Shown here: positions 1-8,671 of the stretch, one piece after another | Layout: every line of letters starts with the position of its first letter | Position numbering within the stretch: the first letter of the stretch is position 1 | NCBI GenBank assembly: GCA_051942205.1 | Contig: JAVECO010000001.1 | Location: 310,001-337,905, forward strand | DNA from: Coniocarpon cinnabarinum | Taxonomy: Eukaryota | Reading direction: 5' to 3' | DNA: 27,905 nucleotides | Notes under the pieces: generated by a model | Told to the model about the DNA's origin: nothing | Databases searched by the model: none | Seen by the model: only the letters and a program-made list of their open reading frames with translations | Program-made: the position numbers and the translations under genes

Positions 1-995
1 TGCGAATATTCGACGGCGAGCCTGCGCCCGCACATCAAGTGGGTGTGCAATTCTTTCAAATCGGGAATGCTTCGGGAGCGAAGCGCCATCTGAAATATTT
101 GGACGACGAGTTGCATCGCCGGACTGGCTGTCGTGATATCGTTGATACGGTCCCGTCGCGATGGTTCAGGCGATATAATCGAGCGCTGATCTTGAAAACG
201 GTCTTGGGTGGCGTTGTGAAAGAGTATGATGCACAGACGGTGGGGATGTCGGGGTCTGTGTCGTGAGGGGTTTGATGTCGCGGTTGGTGGATTTGCCCTT
301 TAGTTAGTGAGGTGCCGTTGCTGCTAGTATGCTTTGTCTACTTGGCTGAACAGCGAGGATGCACGCCTTGTCAAGTCTTCGACCGGCGTCCTTTGCAAGA
401 TTTTATTCATGCCGTGGTAGAATTTGTCTTACTTATCAAACGACTCTCCTGCATGTGTCCCATCAAAGGCATCGCGTAGTAGTATGCCTAGTTTCGCAGA
501 TATTCACGCAGTTATTGGTACTCTTAAAACAGCGCCCAGATTTTCGAAAAATTCTCAACCTCCAAGAAAACAGCATGGATGCTGCGCTGAAGCATCGCGC
601 TTGGATGCAAATTCTCAAGCTTACTACGTTGCTCCCTGATATTATCGACATCCCTTCCGTCCCCCAGTTGTCCTCTGAATCGCTTTGGAAAGGCTGCACG
701 CGGCACTCGATGGAAACTTAAGAAAGTTGAAACCTCGAATGGTATGTTCATCGTGAATTTGACAGCTTGACATGTATTTCTGAGACGTCGCTTGTGGCTG
801 AAGCTGATGTAAACTTGCCAAAACGCTATGCTAATGCGGTCATTTACGCCATTTTTCAAACCAGTATACTGGAAAGCGTAAGATCGAGAGGGGATGTGGC
901 TAATAGTATAAGGACGGGATTGGCTGGTCCTTCTTCTTCCCGAGCGTTGAGAATGCTGGACTGCACAAATTCTGCCTAGATTTCCAGTAGCGGGA

Positions 996-1122
996 CATTG
1001 TGTTTCAATGGTTCGGTCGTGGTAAACCGTTACGATAACGGTTCGGTTCTTGCTTTTATCGGTTTTTGTAGCGCGCTATACCGAACCAGAACCGGACCGA
1101 ACCGAACCATTGACCACACTTG
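996..1122. mobile_element. Short MITE-like inverted-repeat element or degenerate DNA transposon end remnant (possibly hAT-like)
   Basis: Perfect 13-bp inverted repeat TCAATGGTTCGGT (1005-1017) / ACCGAACCATTGA (1101-1113), extending imperfectly to about 22 bp. Several internal GGTTCGGT/ACCGAACC motifs point inward from both ends. No target-site duplication found. Confidence 0.45.
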
Positions 1123-1152
1123 ATTCGAGCATAGCGAAGTTGTACCCTTCTT

Positions 1153-1931
1153 TTAGGACTCCATGTGAGGGTCCTTGCGCGCTATGATAAAATAGTGAGG
1201 CTCATCATCGCTGACAGCCCCCTCAGGCGGCGCGAATACGTCAGTCTCGTCATGAATGATGCTGAATCCAACATCCTCGACTTCGATCAGCTTCCAGACG
1301 ACTAGCTGCATGCAAGGGGGATTGCGGACTTAAACGCCCCAAGACTCACAGTCAATAGCTCCTTCCATGCCTTCTTTGTGAACAATGTCATGTAAACTTC
1401 GTGGTTCATGAACGTGAACGGTATGCCCTGTGCGCATTTGTGATCCCCATGCCACATGTCTCCTGTTGCGCGAGTATCCTCAGCCCCGAACGCTCCGAGC
1501 AGGAGTGTCCCGCCAAGTTTGAGCCACTCCGCAAATTTGGAGGCCATATGCTCAATCTTAGGGCGACTAAGTTCAAACAATGAGAGCATTACCACTATGG
1601 CGTCAAATCGAGAAGGAGGAACGTATTTTAGCATATTTGTGACTTCGAATGTGCCGTCCGGGATCTGCGCGCGACTCAGTCCGACCATGGTGGATGCGAA
1701 ATCGATGCCGTGGACGTGACGGCCGGAGTCAGCGATCGCCTTGGCGACAGACTTTCCAGTACCGCAGCCACAGTCAAGCACTCTGGCACTTGCGGGAACA
1801 TGTTGGAGAAAGCGTTGGACGATGCTGTTGAGGCCGACATCATGGCCAAATGCCTCTTCATATTGCTTGCCGATTTGATTGTAGAAATTGCTGGACTCGA
1901 CCGTCGTTTGAGATGTAAGAGACTTCTTCAT
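1153..1931 (-). CDS. Class I SAM-dependent methyltransferase, ~234 aa; join(1350..1931, 1153..1275)
   Basis: Motif I VLDCGCGTG, acidic GID at the end of beta-2, FDAIV motif and LKLGG. A GTGAGT donor at 1349 is followed by an in-frame second exon DVGFSIIHDETDVFAPPEGAVSDDEPHYFIIARKDPHMES*. The exact acceptor is uncertain. Confidence 0.85.
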
Positions 1932-2954
1932 GATGGTAGGCCTGTGTACAGTTGCAAGTCGTGGTTGAGGAGAGCAGACGTCGAGAACAGAAGAGGCGAA
2001 TATTCAGAAGATGAAGGAACAGACCTGTTGAGTGGTCTTACTGGGTACTTACCCACCTATCTATGTTCAAGTGACTAAGTTCCTCCGCGCTGGTCGGTCT
2101 TGCCTAGCTTCCATGCATAGGTACTTAGCACGCGTTACCTCAAACCAGGTCCTGATCCGGAAGCTCTAGGTCAGATGACGCATCCACGTTATTTTCAATT
2201 ATGCTGTCCGCCAAAGCCTTGAGATGGTATCTGTCGCACCGTTGACGTGCTGTGAGTGATCCAGAGGTTTCAAATGCCACAGGTGCAGGATTCAACGGAG
2301 GATATAGGAATGAGTATTGATCACGAGATTCTATAATCGAGCTCTTCGAAAGACGATGTACCGGCCAGTGCAAGTGGCGCAAGCTTGATAGGTGATCTGG
2401 TCCGAGTTTTAGGCACACCCTTGCGCCCGCAGAGAAACGTCAGTCAACAGCTGACTTATAGAGTGTCTACTCGCGAACGTGGACTCCAGACGTATTGAAC
2501 GCCCGCTAAAAGCTGAGGTTCTTGAGGTCATAAGCTTTGATTTCGCGTCGATGATGTATGAAAGCACTATGGCACTGTTCAGGCTACATAAGAGAAGTCT
2601 TTGTGGTCCACTCTTTGAGAAGTTCGTTTCTGTGCAAAAGAAGTACGGAAAGTGGTCATTGCTGATTTCTGCCTCACACACATAAATGGCGATTGTAACG
2701 GCCTGATAAAAGGCAGGAATCACCTCCGGACTAGAGCAGATCAGAGTATGAGCAAGGGGAAAGTCTCGGGACAACCCCTAGTGCAAGCAATACATTGCAG
2801 CCTAAATCAATCCATAGGAATGCCGACGAAAGGTCTCTGAGCTCACGAAGTACCGAGCCGTGCTTGGAGCAAGGAAGTTTGTGTAGTCCCTTGCGTGCAT
2901 CTCGGCAAGAGCATGCTTTCGACTGCCCAAAATTTGCCTATGACATGCCGTGCG

Positions 2955-3905
2955 TCATGATATTCTCACATATACGTACAGTGTCTGGAGTGCAGCTTGC
3001 ACCGTGTTCTCAGCTTTGGGGCTACCCTTTGCGTCAGATCCCGACACCTGGAACGTATGCACGAGCTGATACGAAGCGACGACCGCCTGTTTCTTGAGTT
3101 TGTAGGGAAGCACGAGGACTGGAGGTAGATACCGCTGAATGTGCTTACGCATCTCCCACTTGTTCTCGCCACTGAAATCAATAAGCAGCATGGTGGCCGA
3201 AAACTCATCTTCAATGTCATACTTCTGACACAGAATGCCGTGATCGCGGAGCCAGCGGTACTCCTTCCTTGTGAAAGTCGGATCCTGCGCTACAGCGTGG
3301 ACCTCGGCGCCCTCATCAGCACTTTCCCCTTTGTTTGAGCCTTTAGGGTTGTTGATCTCGCGCGTGCGCTGCTTTTGTCCGGCGACACTATGGACACAAT
3401 CCATGGCGAAGCTGCTTTGCACCGCGATGCAGTCCGCGTTGTTGACATTTTTGTCTGGACGCGGCTGTTCGGCACCCTCGCTAAGCCTTCCCAACCCGAG
3501 CACGACAACAATGTTGCAGGCCGCAAACTGGACGCGATACTGAATTGCTAGTTGCATGAGCGTCAACCGTTGTCCAGAACCTACCCACATGTGAGTTCGT
3601 GCGTAATGAAATCTGATATGTAAGCCATGATGAATGGCACCGTCCTTGGCATCGTCCTCTGCACCGGCGCTGAAAGATGCTTCGCTTGACTTGGCTAGGC
3701 CTGGGTGACGGAAGCGATGGGCGAATTCGCGTGCATGCTCAAGAGCACCTGTCAATAAAGCGAGGTGAATCGCGGGGTCAAGGCTTTCTAAAGTATGAGA
3801 CGACGTAGATTCTTCAGATTCATGGGAGGGTGCAGGCGAGGGTTCCTTCGGGTTGTTGCGCGAAGATGTTGTCGTTGAGGTTGCTTTCGATTTGCGAAGA
3901 GGCAT
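2955..3905 (-). CDS. Hypothetical protein with a probable SRR1-like domain (316-aa ORF; the 3' end may be spliced further)
   Basis: Long ORF with an ATG start. The motifs IVVVLGLGRLS ... VQSSFA ... AQDPTFTRKEYRWLRDHGI resemble, from memory, the SRR1 family pattern (GLG...Q...QDP.F). Not verified by HMM. Confidence 0.55.
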   Translation of the reverse strand: MPLRKSKATSTTTSSRNNPKEPSPAPSHESEESTSSHTLESLDPAIHLALLTGALEHAREFAHRFRHPGLAKSSEASFSAGAEDDAKDGAIHHGLHIRFHYARTHMWVGSGQRLTLMQLAIQYRVQFAACNIVVVLGLGRLSEGAEQPRPDKNVNNADCIAVQSSFAMDCVHSVAGQKQRTREINNPKGSNKGESADEGAEVHAVAQDPTFTRKEYRWLRDHGILCQKYDIEDEFSATMLLIDFSGENKWEMRKHIQRYLPPVLVLPYKLKKQAVVASYQLVHTFQVSGSDAKGSPKAENTVQAALQTLYVYVRIS

Positions 3906-5471
3906 GACCGTTTCGTACAGGTAAATTGGGCCCGGGGGGAGGTTGGATGAGCAGAGAACAACGTTGGATACACATCACTTGCCACCGCAATAGGCCTCTC
4001 AGCCAGTTTTGACTGTGACAAATCAATCGCAGCGAAATTTCAGCGAGCTCTGAACAGTTGTACCACGGTGAGACGGTCAGCAATTTGGCGTCAACTGCGC
4101 TGGTAAAACAGCGGTCGATATTACTGACATGTCAGCAGGCTAGACCACGGTTGTCTGACAGTGAAGGGGCCAGGAATGTCCGGAGGACCTAAGTGCTCGC
4201 CATTGATGACTTCAGCTCGCTAAATGTGCCATGTGCAGGACCTTGCGGCATAAGTTTCAAGATGCAAGAGCCAATCCTCTTCGCGTGAACATTGCGTTGC
4301 GGGAACAAAACGTAGCCGACTTGAGGTATACAGCATTCTAGTTTATTGAGGGTATTCAAAGTGTTCGCCATGACACCACAAGTCGACCTCATCAAGCGCA
4401 CACAGGCTTCAGTCCGATCGACTCGTGGAACAGCAAAACAATGGTGACTGGAGAAAGATGAATTCCAGTCGATTTATTCCTGGCAATCCGTTCATCACGT
4501 GACTGACAAGGGATAACCCACGTAATCTACGTAGCGTGTCTTGGCTACAAATCAGAGGCCACCTGGTCTTTCTCATGATTTAGTTCGCTGTGAGCGCCGA
4601 GTGGATATGTCTTGACCACGCAAAAGGATGCACGCCTAGGCCATGTGCCCATTGCAGGTGGCGACCGCGGGACTAAATGTAACAGGAATGCTGGCCAAAG
4701 CCTTCTAAGGCATTCAACCCACCGCGCTACGCTGCAGCACGAGGTCTTCCCTTAAAAACTTTGAGCCGAGAATGGACTTGAACGATAGATGTTCCCCCAT
4801 TGCTGCGCCCTGCCTCGTGATTTATCATGTTGTGTACCTTAGTAGAGCAGGCAGAATCCTTTGGGGTCTGAGTTTGACTGCCCTGCTTAGTAAATTCTCC
4901 AGGTACGATGGCTGAGAATCTGAAGCATGCGGATCATCCGGTGAAAGCTGTTATAGGCGACGTTTGACGATTCACTAAGATTTGTTCGATTCGCAGTAAG
5001 CGAGACAGCTCGATGAAGAAAGAGTGAAGACATCAGGGATGAGAACAAACACATCAGTGCGCCTTGCGCGGCGACCGTGATAACCATTTTGAATGTAGAC
5101 TTGCATCGAGCCGGCCTTTTCCCCCCAAGTGGCGGCGAGTGCCTTCTGCGCCATGCGCAACTTCTGTCCAAATAGTTGGTCGGCGCCTGCCAGATAAGCA
5201 CGTACCTGGGTAACCTCACTGGGTGACTTCCTTTCAGAGTATACAACGGATCGTCAAGCCTCCCAAATACACATTCTTTGCTTTGCTTCCGTTACGATCA
5301 TCTTTCAACACTGCGTGTCGGCGTCTCTTGTGCATTTCTACCTTATCGTCCTCATTTCCGTACCTACCACATTCTTTCTGCTTCAGCTGCCCTCATCCCA
5401 CATCAGCTGCAAGCATTCGACAACCCTACACCCTACCTTAGCTACGAGCCTCTCGGCTGCTGATCCTCAAG

Positions 5472-5581
5472 GTACGTCCCTCTGTAGATCTTCACGATCA
5501 TCAAGACTCTGGTGAATGGATGTGCAGTCGACCAGCTCGCTTCTGGCTCAAGCTCCCATCGCTAATCAATTGTGCTATCAG
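5472..5581 (+). other. Probable 5'UTR intron ending immediately before the ATG of the KAEKE-repeat gene
   Basis: AAG|GTACGT donor at 5472, GCTAAT branch near 5561 and CAG|ATG junction at 5581/5582. The upstream region is CT-rich and looks like a transcription start region. Confidence 0.65.
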
Positions 5582-7647
5582 ATGTCCGACCAACAACAAT
5601 CCGCTGCGCCTGCCGACCCCAAGCCTGATCCTGCCACTTCCTCTTCACCTCCTCCTTCAGGTCAGTGAGCAATCACGTTACTGCTGACCAAATCGTTGCT
5701 AACACCTCAGAAGATCCTGGTCCTTCTGCCGCCGACAAGGAAAAGGCTGACAAGGAAAAAGCCGAGAAAGAGAAAGCCGATAAGGAGAAGGCTGAGAAGG
5801 AAGCCGCCGACGAGGCGAAGGCGGAAAAGGATAAGGCCGAGAAAGAAAAGGCTGAGAAGGAGAAGGCGGAAAAGGAGGCTGCTGAGAAAGCCAAAGCTGA
5901 AAAAGAGGCAGCCGAGAAAGCCAAATCCGAGAAGGAAAAGGCTGAGAAGGAGAAAGCGGAGAAGGAAAAGGCTGAGAAGGAAAAAGCTGAAAAGGAAAAA
6001 GCTGAGAAGGAGAAAGCTGAGAAGGAGAAAGCTGAGAAGGAAAAGGCTGAGAAGGAAAAAGCTGAGAAGGAAAAAGCTGAGAAGGAAAAAGCTGAGAAGG
6101 AAAAAGCTGAGAAAGAAAAGGCGGAGAAAGACGCAGCTGAGAAGGCCAAAGCAGATAAGGAGAAAGCCGCAAAAGAGGCGGCAGAGAAAGCCAAGGCCGA
6201 GAAAGAAAAGACTGAGAAGGAGGCAGCTGAAAAGGCTAAAGCGGAGAAGGAAAAGGCTGAGAAAGAGAAAGCGGAAAAGGAGAAGGTCCAAAAAAATGTC
6301 TTCGACAAAGCCGTGGCGGCAGTCGAGAAAGCCAAGGCTGACAAGGAAAAGGCCCAGAAGGAAAAAGCGGAGAAGGATAAGGTCGGCAAGGAGACTTCCA
6401 CTAAAGCAAAGTCAGACAAGTCCAAAAAGAAATCAGACAAGGCAGCCAAGCGTGAGAAGACACCATTGGAGAAGGCAGCCGCAGCAGTCAAGAAATCCAA
6501 GGCGGCCCAGGAAAAGAAGCAGAAGAAGGCGAAGGCCACCAGCTCCTCGTCTTCGGGATCTGAAGCGGACGATGACGATGACACCGATACCGACGACGAC
6601 GAAGGAACAGTCACCGTCATGGACGCCAGTAAACCTGCTGAACAGCCTGCTGAGAAGCCCGCCGACAAGCCCGCCGACAAAGTCGATAAACCCGCTGAAG
6701 ACAAGAAGTCAGACCCGGTCGCGGTAGACTCGAAGAAATCGAGTGATTCTCCAACTTCTGACAAGGCTGGAGAGAAGACTGCAGACAAGCCGGCTGAGAG
6801 CAAAAAGCCTGAAGCGGGTGTGACTCAAGAAAACAAGACCAGTGACGTATCCGCGCCACCAAAGCCCGCTGACAATACGACGATCATCGTCGACGAAAAG
6901 AAGCAAGCTGACAAGTCGGCTTCTGACCAGCCAAAGACCATCATCGTTGAGCAGAAGGGATCTGACGATAAGCCTTCTACTACTATCATCGAGCAGAAAC
7001 AAGCCGACAGCAAGCCATCCACAGTGATCATAGAAAAGAAAGCCGAGGGCCAGCCTTCCACCATTGTGATCGAGAAGAAGCCTGACGAGAATCCCTCCAC
7101 GGTCACCGGAGAGAATCAGTCGGAATCAAAGCCTCCGCCAACCGCTGTGGAAGACAAAAAGCCTGCCGAGAAGCCAGCCGACAACTCCCAGGTCATCGTC
7201 ATTCAGCATGACGAGCCAGGGCCTGCTCCGCCAGCCCCCGCTCCTCCAGCTTCAAAAGCAGACAAACCTCCAGTGATCGTAGTCAAGGATGACAACAAAA
7301 ATGGACAGCAAACCATTATCGTCCACGAACAGAAGTCCACGCAGCCAGCTCCGACTCAGCAAGTCATCACCACCATTCCAGCAAGGCCTGTGGCTCAGCG
7401 AACCGACACCGAGACTACCAGATACACCATGAGTACAGCTTCTACCCGTGCTCGAAAGCGACGGAGATTCCACTACTTCTTGCGCAGACTTCTGTTGCAG
7501 TTTCATGGCATCAAAGAAGACGATGACCAGGACACATTTGTTCAGCAGAAGCTGAATGAAGCGCGTGCTGCGAATGACGCAAACAAGAGGTGGAGAGACA
7601 GAGTCCGTGTGTATTGGTGGGGTGAAGGAGCCTTGACGGACATGTAA
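5582..7647 (+). CDS. Low-complexity charged repeat protein (KAEKE pentapeptide array), ~671 aa; join(5582..5660, 5711..7647)
   Basis: ATG at 5582 (MSDQQQSAAPADPKP...). A 50-nt intron (GTCAGT...GCTAAC...CAG, 5661-5710) joins in frame to the 660-aa ORF. Variation among repeat copies is mostly synonymous in this frame. Confidence 0.85.
5731..6380 (+). repeat. Coding 15-bp tandem repeat (GCTGAGAAGGARAAR = AEKEK), about 40 units
   Basis: Directly visible. It is most homogeneous at about 5941-6120. Confidence 0.95.
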
Positions 7648-7787
7648 GCTATGGTGATTCGTTCCGATTCTACGCCCTTAGCTTCGTCGGCTTGCAGTAA
7701 GCAGCTGAAACTGGACCAATCCCTCCGTAGAAATTGTGACAATTTAGAGATGAGCTCCCGTGATAGGCCTAGGGTTTCAAGCATACC

Positions 7788-8175
7788 TCAGGTCGACGAA
7801 GGTAATGAATTCATTGCCCGGTTCACATCATCTCGTGCCTTGTACATTTCATCTCTCGCGCTCGTTGCCGTCGAGACTACTTGGTCGTGAGCAAAGTCTC
7901 GCTTGACAGACGAATAGATCTCGGTCAGCGTAAAAGCTCGCTTCAGGTCTGCATCATGCTCGTTGGCATATTTCAGTGTCTCTGCAGATCGCACGGTGCC
8001 CGCTCCTGCAGAGACCAGGGCTAGAGCCGACTCGGTATCCTTCCTGTTGTCAGTGAGAATGCAAATGCGGAGAATGCCTTGCCCTTACGCAGACACCCAA
8101 CGAGCTCAAGTCGGACAGCACGGCTGCGACTGAGAGCGGGGAAGTCTTCAGAGGCTCCGCTGACGTCCCGCTCAT
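7788..8175 (-). CDS. Small hypothetical protein, ~112 aa; join(8089..8175, 7788..8039)
   Basis: MSGTSAEPLKTSPLSVAAVLSDLSSLGVC|DTESALALVS...DADLKRAFTL...ARDDVNRAMNSLPSST*. A 49-nt intron (GTAAGG...CTGAC...AAG) joins two ORF-track fragments in frame. It resembles an uncharacterised ascomycete family that I recall but have not verified. Confidence 0.7.
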
Positions 8176-8671
8176 TCTCAACGAGATGCTCGCAGGTGGA
8201 CGATATTGCTGGGTGCTTGTATACAGTGCGCAGTACACACGTATATCCTTAATTACGACCAAGTTCGCGTCTGAAAAGTCACGTGAGCATTTGGCGGACA
8301 GTCTTGCGCTACACCCATTGCAGTTTAGGCTTCTTTGGAAAGACCGTATATTTCCTAATCTGACATGTTGTAGCTTGCTCTTAAGCTTCTTTTCGAGAGC
8401 GTTAGAGCGAGTGCAGTAACTTTGCAAACCAGCTTGTGCACTTCCTCGTCACAGGACTTGATCATCAGACACACGCCACGGCTATTGAGCAGCCTCAACC
8501 GTACTGACGGGTTCAATGGGCTCGCCGTTGCGCATCAGACCTCGAATTACTTGACGTAGCCGAGCCATTGCAAATCTACTGCACGTCTGCCGTCTGCCTC
8601 GCCTTTCTGGACGCTGCACCAACATCGCGCACTGAGGGACAACAAACAAGCTCTGTGCGCCGAAATCCACG

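Noticed and set aside
1..860. Possible spliced minus-strand gene at the window start (intron-like GTAGAC...CTAAC...AAG at ~298-341)
   Set aside because: I could not build a convincing frame or recognise a protein motif. The donor is weak.
2140..2774. Two adjacent minus-strand ORFs (121 and 92 aa)
   Set aside because: No ATG starts, no recognisable domain and no consistent splice model.
4940..5000. B-box-like GTTCGATTC suggesting a tRNA
   Set aside because: No cloverleaf, acceptor stem or A-box can be formed.
5673..6803. Long antisense and alternative-frame ORFs (376 aa Ser/Phe/Ala-rich, 343 aa Arg/Lys-rich and others)
   Set aside because: These are shadows of the stop-poor 15-bp repeat. 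Synonymous variation and the splice model support only the KAEKE frame.
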